Shown here: positions 49,063 to 59,676 of the stretch, in pieces
Position numbering within the stretch: position 1 is the stretch's first letter
How the letters are laid out: each line of letters opens with the position of its first letter
Origin: Gammaproteobacteria bacterium
GTDB lineage: Bacteria > Pseudomonadota > Gammaproteobacteria > Pseudomonadales > Azotimanducaceae
Direction: 5' to 3'
NCBI GenBank assembly: GCA_048571035.1
Contig: CP121329.1
Location: forward strand, 2,978,455 to 3,042,454
Length of the DNA: 64,000 bases
Translations under genes and position numbers: made by a program
The notes under the pieces: generated by a model
The model's input: the letters and a program-made list of their open reading frames with translations, nothing else
The model's database searches: none
Told to the model about the DNA's origin: nothing

Positions 49063-49650
49063 ATGCAACAGGTCAACCTTCTGGATGCAAGCCTTGCCCC
49101 GAGCAGGAAAAAATTAGGTGCAAATCAGCTGGTCCTGTCCTGGGTTGGCTTCGCAGTATTTCTGGTGCTGATCAGCATCTGGCAGAGTGCCTCCTTGTGG
49201 TGGTTGCAGGACGAAGAAATGATGACCCGTGCAGAAGTGGAACGGGTCCGTGAGGCGAATCAATTGCATCGCGCAAACACCGCGTCGCCAATCGCTTTAG
49301 AAGCACAGGTTGCGGAGCTATTGATGCAACAGGATCAGCAGGCGTTGTTGGTCACCTTGTTAAGGCAGCAGCAGAGCCTGAGTTTTTCACCTTATCTGGC
49401 AGCGCTCAGCGAGGCGCGTGTTGACAACCTGTGGTTGAGTGAAATTTCCATCTCACATGGCGTCGAGCGTGAAATTAATCTGAAAGGCGCTACCTCAGAT
49501 GCTGCTCTTGTGCCGGTTATGTTGCGCAACCTCTCCGAACAGGATCAGTTTCGCGGGCAGCGTTTTAAACACGTTGAAATTACCAGGCAGCCAGGGGCGT
49601 CCCTGTCTGAATTTGTCATTGTCAGTCCAGACGGAGCAGTATCCGGATGA
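49063..49650 (+). CDS. MSHA biogenesis PilN-like protein
   Basis: MQQVNLL, single TM, LWLSEI, FRGQRF. Confidence 0.78.
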   Translation: MQQVNLLDASLAPSRKKLGANQLVLSWVGFAVFLVLISIWQSASLWWLQDEEMMTRAEVERVREANQLHRANTASPIALEAQVAELLMQQDQQALLVTLLRQQQSLSFSPYLAALSEARVDNLWLSEISISHGVEREINLKGATSDAALVPVMLRNLSEQDQFRGQRFKHVEITRQPGASLSEFVIVSPDGAVSG

Positions 49651-50336
49651 AAGATTACATAGCTCACCTGATAGGTCGATTTGAGAGCTGCAGTTTGCGA
49701 GAACGCATTCTGATCAGCATGACGTTGTTTACCTTTACCGGGGGCCTGTGGTTCACCCTGCTCGGCGGCGTTGTTGTCGACAAGAAAGTAGCTGTGATCA
49801 AAAGTATCGACAGCCTGACCCGCGATATGCGAAACCAGAGCGCTGAACAGATACGTTTGCTTGCAGAGGATAAAACACCGGCAAAAATTGCGTTGCAACA
49901 CAAGCAGGATCAGCTGAAAGCAGTGATTGTAGAACAGCAGGAAGAGCTGGATGCATTGCTTGACCGCTTTATTGCACCTGAGCAGGTACCAGATCTTCTG
50001 GAAGACGTGCTGGATGGATTTGAAGATCTGCAACTTGTTCGATTGGCCAGTCGGCCCTCTGAGCCGGTTGTGCTGCAGGCGGCTTCCAGTGAAGCGGATT
50101 CTGATGAAGAAGCAGCTACACAGGCGTCTCCGCAGGTCACGATTTATCGGCATCCCGTCGAAATTGAATTTGTCGGTGGTTACCTGGACGTGCTTGCCTA
50201 TCTGAGTGCGCTGGAAGCCGCTGAATGGCAGTTTTCATGGCGGCGATTCGACTATGTTGTTCAGGAGTATCCCAGTGCCCAGGTACGCATTGAAGTGGAA
50301 ACTCTAAGCCGCGAAAAGGAGTGGTTGGGTGTTTAG
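49647..50336 (+). CDS. mshJ: MSHA biogenesis protein MshJ
   Basis: SLRER, IYRHPVEIEFVGGYLDVLAYL, IEVETLS. Confidence 0.85.
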   Translation: MKDYIAHLIGRFESCSLRERILISMTLFTFTGGLWFTLLGGVVVDKKVAVIKSIDSLTRDMRNQSAEQIRLLAEDKTPAKIALQHKQDQLKAVIVEQQEELDALLDRFIAPEQVPDLLEDVLDGFEDLQLVRLASRPSEPVVLQAASSEADSDEEAATQASPQVTIYRHPVEIEFVGGYLDVLAYLSALEAAEWQFSWRRFDYVVQEYPSAQVRIEVETLSREKEWLGV

Positions 50337-50655
50337 AATTTTCTTTATTGCTGGTTTGACAATTTTTACGGCCGTCTGCGCCTGGGGAATTGAAGATCCA
50401 ACTCGACCGCCTGTAGACGTCATCGTTCCAATTGAGGGCGCTGTCAAACAACAGGTGCCTGTACTCAGTTCAATCGTCTACAGCGATCAGCGGCGACTTG
50501 CGGTGATCAACGGACAGGTTTTTCTCGAAGGCCAGAGTAAAGGCGGCCTAGCTCTGATTGAGGTGTTGGCGGATAACGTGCTAGTGCGGATTGGCCCTGA
50601 AGAACAGGTCACGCTGCATCTGGGATCCGGCCAGATAAACAAGGATTTGAAGTGA
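50329..50655 (+). CDS. mshK: MSHA biogenesis protein MshK
   Basis: DPTRPP, LSSIVYS, AVING. Confidence 0.85.
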   Translation: MFRIFFIAGLTIFTAVCAWGIEDPTRPPVDVIVPIEGAVKQQVPVLSSIVYSDQRRLAVINGQVFLEGQSKGGLALIEVLADNVLVRIGPEEQVTLHLGSGQINKDLK

Positions 50656-52346
50656 ATTATCGACTTTTTTTGCTGACGGCAGTTTTGCTTAACGGTGCTT
50701 GTGCCACGCTTGAAGGCCCTGTGGGACCGCATCTGGCTAAATCTACGGATAGTGCAGACGAGGCTGTTGAGGTACTGAATGAAGGTGCCAGCGCACCGCC
50801 CGTGCCGAAGGTCACTGCGGAGGTTGTGCCGATCAAACCTGAAGACCTGCCTGTATTAGCGCGTGAGGATGAACCCACCTTCGATCTGCATGTTGAAAAT
50901 GCGGATGTTGCAGATTTTTTTCGCAGTCTCGTAGCAGGCACCCCCTACAATCTGGTGTTGCATCCCGAAGTGAGCGGAGTGGTTACTCTCTCACTGAAGG
51001 ACGTCACCGTCAGCGGCGTGATGCAGGTGATGCGGGATGTCTATAACTATGACTTTGTGCTCAAGAACGATGTCTACCAGATTTTTCCAGACGTGCTGCG
51101 CACCCAGATCTATCATGTGAATTATTTGAATGTTGCCCGCAGTGGTCGATCTGAGACCCAGGTAAGTGCAGGGAAAGTGAGTGATACCGCCAATAACAGC
51201 GGCAGCAACAACTCAGACAACAACAATAACAACACATCAGGCGGTGATAACAACGCTGGTAGCCAGAGTGTTGTAGGCACAATTGTAAACACCACCGGTG
51301 AGGCTGACCTCTGGAAAGAACTGGAGTTAACGCTGGTTAATATCGCCGCTATGGATGAGGGCAGCAACGTCATGGTCACCCCTCAGGTTGGCCTCGTTGT
51401 TGTTAAAGCAAAGCCGCATACCCTGCGCGCGATCGAAGACTATCTGCAGCGTGTGGAGAACGCGCTGTCGAGACAGGTAGTCCTGGAAACAAAAATTATT
51501 GAAGTCACTCTGAACGAGGGCTTTCAAGCAGGCATCAACTGGAACACTTTTGGTGAAGACTCCGGGGGTACATTTGCTCCGGTGACGACCGTGCTCGAAG
51601 ACGGGACAGTGGTAACCACTCAGGGTAGTGAACATTCGGTTGCCGGTGAGTTCATTTCCGGTCAAAACAACATTTTTAATCCGCTGGGTACCACATTTTC
51701 GCTCAGTGCTGCGTTCAGTGATTTCGAAGCTACTCTGGACCTGTTGGCCACCCAGGGCAGTGTGCAGGTTCTGTCCAGCCCGAGGATTGCGACGGTAAAT
51801 AACCAGAAAGCGGTGATCAAAGTGGGTAGCGATGAGTTTTTTGTTACCGATATCTCATCAAACACGATAACTGCAGGCAACTCGATCAATATTAATGATT
51901 CACCGGAACTGACACCTTTTTTCTCTGGTATTGCTTTAGATGTTACGCCGCAGATCAGCTCAGAGAATGAGGTGATTCTGCATGTACATCCAACGGTCAG
52001 CGAAGTCACAGAACAGCTCAAGTTCATTGGCGGTCAGCTGGTGCCTCTGGCATCCAGCACAATTCGAGAATCAGACAGTATTGTTAAGGCGTCCAGTGGC
52101 CAGATTGTTGTCATTGGTGGCCTGATGCAGAACAGCAGCCGTGACCTGAATGCCGGTGTGCCCTGGTTCAACCAGCTGCCTATGGTTGGTAATCTGTTCA
52201 AGCAGAAGAACCAGAGTTCGATAAAGAGCGAGCTGGTGATTCTGCTCAAACCTATTGTGGTGGAGTTGGGCACACAATCGACGCTGCTTCGAGAAAGTGC
52301 TAATCGAGCCGCGCTGCTCCGCGATCAAATGCGTCGTCGAGGTTAA
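50652..52346 (+). CDS. mshL: MSHA secretin
   Basis: Lipobox LNGAC, YHVNYLNVARSG, RQVVLETKIIEV, VLSSPRI, PFFSGIALDVTPQI. Confidence 0.93.
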   Translation: MNYRLFLLTAVLLNGACATLEGPVGPHLAKSTDSADEAVEVLNEGASAPPVPKVTAEVVPIKPEDLPVLAREDEPTFDLHVENADVADFFRSLVAGTPYNLVLHPEVSGVVTLSLKDVTVSGVMQVMRDVYNYDFVLKNDVYQIFPDVLRTQIYHVNYLNVARSGRSETQVSAGKVSDTANNSGSNNSDNNNNNTSGGDNNAGSQSVVGTIVNTTGEADLWKELELTLVNIAAMDEGSNVMVTPQVGLVVVKAKPHTLRAIEDYLQRVENALSRQVVLETKIIEVTLNEGFQAGINWNTFGEDSGGTFAPVTTVLEDGTVVTTQGSEHSVAGEFISGQNNIFNPLGTTFSLSAAFSDFEATLDLLATQGSVQVLSSPRIATVNNQKAVIKVGSDEFFVTDISSNTITAGNSININDSPELTPFFSGIALDVTPQISSENEVILHVHPTVSEVTEQLKFIGGQLVPLASSTIRESDSIVKASSGQIVVIGGLMQNSSRDLNAGVPWFNQLPMVGNLFKQKNQSSIKSELVILLKPIVVELGTQSTLLRESANRAALLRDQMRRRG

Positions 52347-52348
52347 GC

Positions 52349-54151
52349 ATGCGCGGCGGCCCAAAAATTCGTATCGGTGACCTGCTGGTAGCCAGTGGTG
52401 ACATCTCTGAGAGCCAGTTGAGTGTTGCTCTGTCCGAACAGAAGGAATCCGGCGTAAAGCTCGGCCGTATTCTGGTTGAAAAAGGTTTTGTTGAGGAAGA
52501 GCGATTGCTCGGCTTTTTGTCCGAGCAGTTGGGCGTACCGTTTATTGATCTGAAAGATTTTGAGTACGATGAGGCGCTGGTGGCCTTACTGCCAGAAACC
52601 TATGCGCGGCGATATCGAGCCATTGTCTTGCGTGAGCAGGGTGATCAGCTTTTAGTCGGTATGGCCGACCCCATTGATATTTTTGCGTTTGACGAAATAC
52701 AGCGTCAGCTTCATCGGGCTATGGCAGTGGCCGTAGTGCGGGAATCCGAGCTGTTAACTTTGCTCGACAGCGCTTATCGTCGGACCAGCGATATTGTCAG
52801 CTTTGCCAGCGAGCTGGATGGCGAGTTGAGTGTTGATGAATTCAGTTTGTCTAACTTTGATGCGCAAGAAGACGAAGATTCACCCGTGGCGCGCCTGTTG
52901 CAGTCGATTCTGGAAGACGCCGTCCAGGTCCGCGCCTCTGATGTGCATATTGAACCGGATGAGAACGTGCTGCGCCTGCGACAGCGGGTAGATGGTGTTC
53001 TGCACGAACAGATTCTGAATGAACGACGAATATCTGGTGCCCTGGTCAGTCGCTTGAAGCTGATGGCCGGCTTAGACATTTCTGAGAAGCGGTTGCCACA
53101 AGATGGCCGCATTGAAATCAAACTGAAGAACAAAAGCATCGATATTCGCCTGAGCACCCTGCCGACAACTACGGGTGAGTCTGTTGTCATGCGTCTGGCG
53201 GATCACAGTAGCGGCCAAACCCGCCTGGATCAGATAGGTATGCCGGCAGATATGCTGGAACGATTTCACTGGTTGATAAATCGACCGAACGGCCTTGTGC
53301 TGGTTACCGGCCCGACTGGTAGCGGTAAAACAACCACACTCTACGGCGCACTGAATGATCTCAATTCACCGGAGAAAAAAATCATCACGGTTGAAGATCC
53401 GGTGGAATATCAGTTGGAGCGCATAAACCAGGTTCAGGTGATGTCAAAGATCGGTTTCGATTTTGCGCGCGTCCTGCGCTCTACACTCAGGCAAGACCCG
53501 GATATCCTGCTGGTTGGCGAAATTCGTGACAGTGAAACAGCAGATATTGCTCTGCGTGCAGCAATGACAGGACATCTGGTTCTCTCAACCCTGCATACGA
53601 ATGATGCTATTTCCTCGGCGCTACGTCTGATCGACGTAGGCGTTGAAGGTTATATGGTGGCAGCATCAGTGCGTGCAATAGTTGCCCAACGCCTTGTGCG
53701 CAAGCTGTGTGATCGATGCAGTGCGCCATACCAGCCTGATGGGCATGAACTGGCCTGGTTGCAGGTGGCTGCATCCGGGCTGAGCGAAGAAAAGTATACC
53801 TTTGCAAAAGGAAAAGGCTGCAACCAGTGTAATCGAACCGGTTATTACGGCCGCCTTGGTGTTTTTGAGCTGTTGGAAATTGATGGCCAAATGGCTGACG
53901 CGTTACGTGCGGACGACACCGCAGCATTTACCCGATTAGCCCAGGCGCAACCTGACTTTGCACCGTTAGTGCAATGTGCGCTGCAGTATGCGTTGCAGGG
54001 TGAAACCTCACTTGCGGAGGTGATGGCGCTGTCCGGGCAGGAAGAAGAGCTTTGGGATGCCGAACATACTAATCTGGAAGATAGTCTGCGTCAGGCGCAT
54101 GAGTTGCATGCCAATCCAGTGTCGGAAATTGGACTGGATCCGACACATTAG
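52349..54151 (+). CDS. mshE: MSHA extension ATPase with MshEN c-di-GMP-binding domain
   Basis: RIGDLLVASGDISESQLSVALSEQ and KLGRILVEKG tandem motifs, GPTGSGKT, LRQDPD, TLHTN. Confidence 0.95.
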   Translation: MRGGPKIRIGDLLVASGDISESQLSVALSEQKESGVKLGRILVEKGFVEEERLLGFLSEQLGVPFIDLKDFEYDEALVALLPETYARRYRAIVLREQGDQLLVGMADPIDIFAFDEIQRQLHRAMAVAVVRESELLTLLDSAYRRTSDIVSFASELDGELSVDEFSLSNFDAQEDEDSPVARLLQSILEDAVQVRASDVHIEPDENVLRLRQRVDGVLHEQILNERRISGALVSRLKLMAGLDISEKRLPQDGRIEIKLKNKSIDIRLSTLPTTTGESVVMRLADHSSGQTRLDQIGMPADMLERFHWLINRPNGLVLVTGPTGSGKTTTLYGALNDLNSPEKKIITVEDPVEYQLERINQVQVMSKIGFDFARVLRSTLRQDPDILLVGEIRDSETADIALRAAMTGHLVLSTLHTNDAISSALRLIDVGVEGYMVAASVRAIVAQRLVRKLCDRCSAPYQPDGHELAWLQVAASGLSEEKYTFAKGKGCNQCNRTGYYGRLGVFELLEIDGQMADALRADDTAAFTRLAQAQPDFAPLVQCALQYALQGETSLAEVMALSGQEEELWDAEHTNLEDSLRQAHELHANPVSEIGLDPTH

Positions 54152-54153
54152 TT

Positions 54154-55374
54154 ATGCCGCGCTATTTGTTTAAAGCTAAATCTTCCTCTGGAGAGGTAAC
54201 TTCAGGTTTCAGGGTTGGACTGAATCCAGGTGCTGTCGCTCAGGAATTGAGTGCCGCCGGCATGTTGCCGCTGAAGATTGAAAGTGCTGAAGAACCGGAA
54301 AACGCGCCTAAGAAAGCGGGCTGGCTCGGCTTGAAACCAACCGTAAAAAGCAATGAACTGGTGGTGTTTTCACTACAGATGGCGAGCTTAACCAAGGCCG
54401 GTATATCGGTGGTAAAGGCAGTAAATACGCTGGGTGAATCGAGCAAAAACGAATACTTTGCGGAAGTTCTGCAGGATGTGGCGAATCATCTTGAGTCCGG
54501 TATGGATGTTGCTTCGAGCCTCGGGCGTCACCCCCGTGTGTTTAATGAGTTGTTTGTGGCGCTTATTCACGTCGGCGAAAACACAGGTCGTCTGGATTCT
54601 GCATTCCGTCAAATAGCCAGTTATCTGGAATTGGAACGAGAGACCCGGCAGCGCATCCAGGCTGCAACAAGGTATCCAATGTTTGTCATGGTAGCGATTT
54701 CCATCGCTATTGTGATCCTGAATATGTTTGTTATCCCTGCTTTTGCCAATGTTTTTGCTAAATACGGCGCGGACCTGCCCTGGCAGACTCAGGCCATTCT
54801 GGCAGTCAGCGATTTTTTTGTACGGTTCTGGCCGCTACTTCTGCTGGCAGGCATAGCTGTCATATGGGGTTGGTTGGCTTATCTGAATACCCCTGCCGGT
54901 CGTTTGCGGTGGCACAGTATGAAAATTCGGATCCCCATCATAGGCAGCATTTTCGAACGCATATACCTGTCCCGGTTCTGCCATACATTTGCGATGGTGT
55001 CGCGCGCGGGTGTGCCTCTCAATCAGGGTTTGAAGATCGTTGCCAAGGCCATAGGCAGTGATTACTTTGCGCAGCGTATCGATGGTATGCGCCAGGGCAT
55101 TGAGCGTGGGGAAAGCATTACTGCAACGGCGCGACAGGCGAAACTGTTTTCGCCTGTGGTGCTACAGATGATGGCCGTTGGAGAAGAGACCGGCACAATG
55201 GATGAGCTTTTAGATCAGGCGGCGTCTTTTTACGAAGAAGAAGTGTCCTATGCGTTAAAAGGTATGACGGATGCGCTGGAACCCGTTCTTATTGTCGGCA
55301 TAGCGGGTTTGGTGCTGATCATGGCGCTCGGAGTGTTTTTACCCTTGTGGGATTTGAACAGCGTCGCAAACTGA
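54154..55374 (+). CDS. mshG: MSHA inner-membrane platform protein
   Basis: GENTGRLD, RYP, GEETG, ALEPVLI, FLPLW. Confidence 0.93.
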   Translation: MPRYLFKAKSSSGEVTSGFRVGLNPGAVAQELSAAGMLPLKIESAEEPENAPKKAGWLGLKPTVKSNELVVFSLQMASLTKAGISVVKAVNTLGESSKNEYFAEVLQDVANHLESGMDVASSLGRHPRVFNELFVALIHVGENTGRLDSAFRQIASYLELERETRQRIQAATRYPMFVMVAISIAIVILNMFVIPAFANVFAKYGADLPWQTQAILAVSDFFVRFWPLLLLAGIAVIWGWLAYLNTPAGRLRWHSMKIRIPIIGSIFERIYLSRFCHTFAMVSRAGVPLNQGLKIVAKAIGSDYFAQRIDGMRQGIERGESITATARQAKLFSPVVLQMMAVGEETGTMDELLDQAASFYEEEVSYALKGMTDALEPVLIVGIAGLVLIMALGVFLPLWDLNSVAN

Positions 55375-55501
55375 TTGTGACACCTTGCCGATTGAACTCG
55401 CAAAAATGGAAATTGCGTCTACGCTTTAAACAGAGGTTCTGGATAACACAGGAACTCACCGTGAACTGCTTGTGATAGATGCTTTGTTTAAAGGAGCCCA
55501 A

Positions 55502-56050
55502 ATGAAAAAGAATATTTCCCGGCAACAGGGTTTTACGATTGTAGAACTGGTTGTTGTCATAATTTTGCTTGGCATTCTTGCCGCCACTGCCCTGCCACGC
55601 TTTATTGATATTGACGATGATGCGCACGCAGCTGCTTTTGAAGGCGTGTTGGGTGGTTTTTCTACAGGTGTGGCGCTGTATCACGCGCAGTGGATTGCCG
55701 AAGGTCAGGCCTCAGCGGGCACTCAAGCTCCGGATTTTGATAACCTGCGTACCACACCGCAAGGTTACCCCTACAGCACAGTAAGCCAGGCGGGTAACGT
55801 ACCCACCGACTCTGCTGACTGTGCAACAGTATTCACCGGTTTACTGCAGAGTGCGCCTACCATTGGTAGCGCAGCCAGTCTGGCAGGAATTGCTGGTAGT
55901 GGCACAGATTACACAGCGGTCCGTAATGGCGTTGATTGTGAGTTTTACTACACAGCTCAGAGTAATGCCTCTGGCGAAACGGTTGCCTTTTTCACCTATG
56001 AATCTGATACAGGTCTGGTGACTCAGAACACCCCTGTTGCTATTCCCTGA
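55502..56050 (+). CDS. mshB: MSHA-type pilin (MshB-like)
   Basis: [12 protein letters not shown] prepilin site, [14 protein letters not shown]. Confidence 0.7.
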   Translation: MKKNISRQQGFTIVELVVVIILLGILAATALPRFIDIDDDAHAAAFEGVLGGFSTGVALYHAQWIAEGQASAGTQAPDFDNLRTTPQGYPYSTVSQAGNVPTDSADCATVFTGLLQSAPTIGSAASLAGIAGSGTDYTAVRNGVDCEFYYTAQSNASGETVAFFTYESDTGLVTQNTPVAIP

Positions 56051-56073
56051 GCAGGTGGGCTGAATTCAGCCCA

Positions 56074-56586
56074 ATGAGTGTGATCACCTGGCGACGAGGT
56101 CGAGGCTTTACGGTTGTAGAACTTGTCGTTGTGATCATTCTTTTATCGATTCTGAGCGCAACAGCGCTCAGTCGATTTTCCAAACCTGATGTATTTGCCG
56201 CCAGCGCGCTGGCTAAGACCCTCACAGCTCAAATTCATTTTGCAGCTCAAGCGGCTCAGACCCGCAGTACACCCGTTACGTTGAATGTCACACAAGCCGG
56301 CGGTCTCCTGCTTATGCAGGTTGCCAGTGCTGCTGTGATGATACGCGAGACTGAGGCTTCCCTTGCGAATGTAAGCCTTAGCCTCACCAATAACGGTATG
56401 GATTATCCCGTTTCGGAAGGCGCCGTGTGGCAGATGACCTTCCTGGGTAAAGGTGATCTTGTTGCCGCCTCTCTTGATGCAGACGTACTCGACCCGGATA
56501 TGGGTGTTACCGCTCATTTCAGTGGCGATACGGAACGGTTTCTGTGTGTTCAGCCGATAGGATATGTCAGTGAACAAGCTTGTTAA
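56074..56586 (+). CDS. mshC: Minor pilin MshC
   Basis: [25 protein letters not shown]. Confidence 0.75.
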   Translation: MSVITWRRGRGFTVVELVVVIILLSILSATALSRFSKPDVFAASALAKTLTAQIHFAAQAAQTRSTPVTLNVTQAGGLLLMQVASAAVMIRETEASLANVSLSLTNNGMDYPVSEGAVWQMTFLGKGDLVAASLDADVLDPDMGVTAHFSGDTERFLCVQPIGYVSEQAC

Positions 56587-57088
56587 TCAGGGTTTTACAT
56601 TAGTAGAAACTATTGTGGCCATGTTGATCATCAGCATTGCTGCGCTGGCCATGGCCAGTGCCCTGGGTTTCGCATTTTCACGTTCTTCTGATGGTTTACT
56701 GGAAGCCAAAGTGGTGTATATCGCACAGGGGTATCTCGAAGAAATTCAGGCTCGCCGTTATGATGAGGCAACCCCTTCTGGAGGTACACCACCCTGTCAA
56801 ACCATTACACCTTGCAGCGCCCTGGGTCCGGATTCAGAAAGTCGTGAGAACTATGATGACGTTGATGACTATAATGGTTTGTTGGATGCGCCGCCTAGAG
56901 ACTCCCTGAACCAGGTCATGTCGGAGTTCAGTGGTTTCTCTGTAGCGGTTACTGTGGATTATGCAGACGCTGCGCAAATATCGGCCTGGAATCTGGATGA
57001 TGCAACGGACGCAAAGATAGTTGCCGTTACGGTTACAACACCCGATGGGCGATCACGCCCTTTCATTATGATTCGGGGAAATTACTGA
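56564..57088 (+). CDS. mshD: Minor pilin MshD
   Basis: GFTLVE, YLEEIQARRYDE, YDDVDDYNG. Confidence 0.88.
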   Translation: MSVNKLVNQGFTLVETIVAMLIISIAALAMASALGFAFSRSSDGLLEAKVVYIAQGYLEEIQARRYDEATPSGGTPPCQTITPCSALGPDSESRENYDDVDDYNGLLDAPPRDSLNQVMSEFSGFSVAVTVDYADAAQISAWNLDDATDAKIVAVTVTTPDGRSRPFIMIRGNY

Positions 57089-57864
57089 TGAGGGTCTCGC
57101 GACCCAGTTCTGGCTTCACGCTTGTTGAGATGGTGGTGGTGATTGCAGTCCTGGGCGTTTTGTCCCTGGGATCAGTGTACTTCATCAGTCGCTCGAGTGA
57201 GGGTTATGCAGACGTTCAGGATCGTCAGGCAGTCGCCCAGCGGGCCCGCTTTACTCTGGAGCGGATGGCAAGGTCGGTGCGCAATGCGCTACCGGGGAGC
57301 GTGCGGGTCAACGCCGGTTGTCTTGAGTTTGTTCCTGTTATTGCAGGTTCTTCTTATCTGGATTTGCCGGTTGCGGCGCCGGCGTTGACCATGCGTGTAG
57401 TACCTCCTGACGCAGGAAATCTGAACGGTCTGCGTGTTGCTGTGGTCGGTGATGCAGGTGTATATGCTTTAGGCACTTCGAGCGTGATCAGCTCGCCGGT
57501 GACAATAGCGCCGCCAGATGTGTCGGGCGAAGTGGAGGTGACATTTGCAAGTGCCCACCAGTTTCCGGCTGCCTCCGCCGGTAATCGTGTGTTCTGGGTT
57601 GATGAACCGGTGAGTTACTGTGTCGATGCAGGCAATCTCTATCGTTACAGTAACTATGGATTCCAGGTGACTCAGGTCTCGTCGGCGGGTCTGCCGGCAA
57701 CCTTGCCGGGGCGCAGCCTGATGGCTACCTCTGCGTCTGTAGCATTTAATCTGACCCCGGTTTCTTTACAGCGTAACGCTCTGGTGCAGCTCAATTTACA
57801 GCTCGGGGTCGGCGATGTAGCGTTTGATGTTGCCGCGAATGTGCAGGTGCGAAATGTTCCTTAG
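57088..57864 (+). CDS. mshO: Minor pilin MshO
   Basis: GFTLVEMV, RNALPGSVR, CLEFVP, VQVRNVP. Confidence 0.9.
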   Translation: MRVSRPSSGFTLVEMVVVIAVLGVLSLGSVYFISRSSEGYADVQDRQAVAQRARFTLERMARSVRNALPGSVRVNAGCLEFVPVIAGSSYLDLPVAAPALTMRVVPPDAGNLNGLRVAVVGDAGVYALGTSSVISSPVTIAPPDVSGEVEVTFASAHQFPAASAGNRVFWVDEPVSYCVDAGNLYRYSNYGFQVTQVSSAGLPATLPGRSLMATSASVAFNLTPVSLQRNALVQLNLQLGVGDVAFDVAANVQVRNVP

Positions 57865-58255
57865 TCAGCCGAATAAGTCTACTGGGGCGGGGCTGGTTGC
57901 AGCGATAGCGCTGATAACAATAGTTGCAGCTCTAACGGTTGCAATTACCCGCAGCGTGCAGCTTGGCGCAGGTAGTCTTGCGATAGAAACTCTGAATCAG
58001 CGCGCCTTACTTTCTGCAGGCAACGGGGCGCAACTCGGTTTGAATAGGGTCTTTGCTCCCCAGGGTGCTGGTGCCTGTGTAGACCAGGTGTTCGATTTTG
58101 CCAACACCCCAGGTTTACCAGCGTGTCAGGCGAATGTGACCTGTGCCAGCGAGATCGTAAGGGGGCGGGTCTACTACACCGTTAACAGTATGGGCAGCTG
58201 TGCTGCTGGAAGTCTGGTTGCAGAGCGAGAGGTGCTGGTTCAAGCAACACCCTGA
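57854..58255 (+). CDS. mshP: Minor pilin MshP
   Basis: GAGLVAAIALITI, RALLSAGNGAQLG, AEREV. Confidence 0.85.
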   Translation: MFLSQPNKSTGAGLVAAIALITIVAALTVAITRSVQLGAGSLAIETLNQRALLSAGNGAQLGLNRVFAPQGAGACVDQVFDFANTPGLPACQANVTCASEIVRGRVYYTVNSMGSCAAGSLVAEREVLVQATP

Positions 58256-58266
58256 TGGCCTGACGC

Positions 58267-59655
58267 TTACATCTCCAGTTCCTGCATCTTTCTGGTCAAC
58301 GTGTTACGACCCCAACCCAGCAGTTCTGCGGCGTCTTTCTTGCGTCCACCGGTTTTGCCCAGGGCTGCGGTAATCATGATGCGCTCGAAACGCGGCATGG
58401 CTGCGTCAAGCAATGGTATGCTCTCAGCGCTGTCGAGGAGCTGTGTCGCCCACAGTTCCAGACCGCTTTCCCAGTCTGCATCTGCGCTACCGGTGCTGGT
58501 CTGTTGCAATTCTGATGGGAGGTCTTCTACCAGAATGATGCGGGAGCTGGCCATGACATGAAGCCAGCGACAGGTATTTTCAAGCTGGCGAACGTTGCCC
58601 GGCCATGGTAACAGGGTAAGGTAGTCTTCAGTTTCAGGCGCCAGGCGTTTGCTTTCGTCGCCCAGTTCGCGGGCTGCTGCCTCAAGAAAATGGCGCGCCA
58701 GAACGGGGATGTCTGTCCGACGCTCAGCAAGCGCAGGAACGTGAACGCGGATGACGTTGAGACGGTGGTACAAGTCTTCACGAAACTTGCCCTGGGCAAC
58801 CAGCGCTTCCAGGTTCTGGTGGGTAGCTGCAATGATGCGTACATCAACCTGTACGGATTGATGACCGCCAACTCGATAAAACTCATTTTCCGCCAGCACT
58901 CTAAGCAATCTTGTCTGAGCAGTAGAGGGCATATCTCCAATTTCATCAAGAAACAGGGTGCCACCATCGGCTTGCTCGAAGCGGCCGACGCGGCGTGCGT
59001 TGGCGCCGGTAAAGGCGCCCTTTTCGTGCCCGAACAATTCGCTTTCGATGAGCTCATCAGGGATAGCGGCAACATTCAAGGCAATAAATGGACTGCTGGC
59101 ACGCGGGCTATGGCGGTGCAGAGCTTTGGCAACCAGCTCTTTGCCTGATCCAGACGGACCGTTGATGAGCACAGATACATTGGAAGATGAGAGCCTACCG
59201 ATGGCGCGAAAAACTTCCTGCATCGCCGGTGCCTGACCAATGATCTCAGGCGCAGGTTCACTGTCGGGAATGTCCTGTGCACCAGCTTCCTGAGAATGGG
59301 CAATGGCACGCTGCACGACCGCCACCGCCTCATCAACATCGAACGGTTTGGGTAAATACTCAAAAGCACCCTGTTCGAAAGAGGCCACCGCGCTCTGCAG
59401 ATCGGAATGTGCAGTCATGATGATGATGGGTACAGACGGATGGGTGGATTGCACCTGCTCGAGGAATTCCAGGCCCGACATGCCAGGCATACGCACATCG
59501 GTGATGATGGCCATGGGTGCATCATTGTGCAGGTGGTGCATGGCCTGGTCCGCAGTATTGAAAGCGGTAATGGGAATACCCGCTTGGCTTAAAGCGCGGT
59601 CGAGCACCCATCGTATTGACCGGTCGTCGTCGATTACCCAAACGTTGTCATTCAT
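58267..59655 (-). CDS. ntrC: Nitrogen regulator NtrC (sigma54 activator)
   Basis: DDDRSIRWVL, TDVRMP, GPSGSGKE, GAFTGA, WPGNVRQLEN, LGWGRNTLTRK. Confidence 0.97.
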   Translation of the reverse strand: MNDNVWVIDDDRSIRWVLDRALSQAGIPITAFNTADQAMHHLHNDAPMAIITDVRMPGMSGLEFLEQVQSTHPSVPIIIMTAHSDLQSAVASFEQGAFEYLPKPFDVDEAVAVVQRAIAHSQEAGAQDIPDSEPAPEIIGQAPAMQEVFRAIGRLSSSNVSVLINGPSGSGKELVAKALHRHSPRASSPFIALNVAAIPDELIESELFGHEKGAFTGANARRVGRFEQADGGTLFLDEIGDMPSTAQTRLLRVLAENEFYRVGGHQSVQVDVRIIAATHQNLEALVAQGKFREDLYHRLNVIRVHVPALAERRTDIPVLARHFLEAAARELGDESKRLAPETEDYLTLLPWPGNVRQLENTCRWLHVMASSRIILVEDLPSELQQTSTGSADADWESGLELWATQLLDSAESIPLLDAAMPRFERIMITAALGKTGGRKKDAAELLGWGRNTLTRKMQELEM

Positions 59656-59676
59656 TTTGCGTATCCATCGTAGTGT

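Noticed and set aside
51180-51270. AAC-rich low-complexity stretch in mshL as a contingency repeat
   Set aside because: In frame, encodes the Asn/Ser/Gly-rich loop typical of MshL secretins
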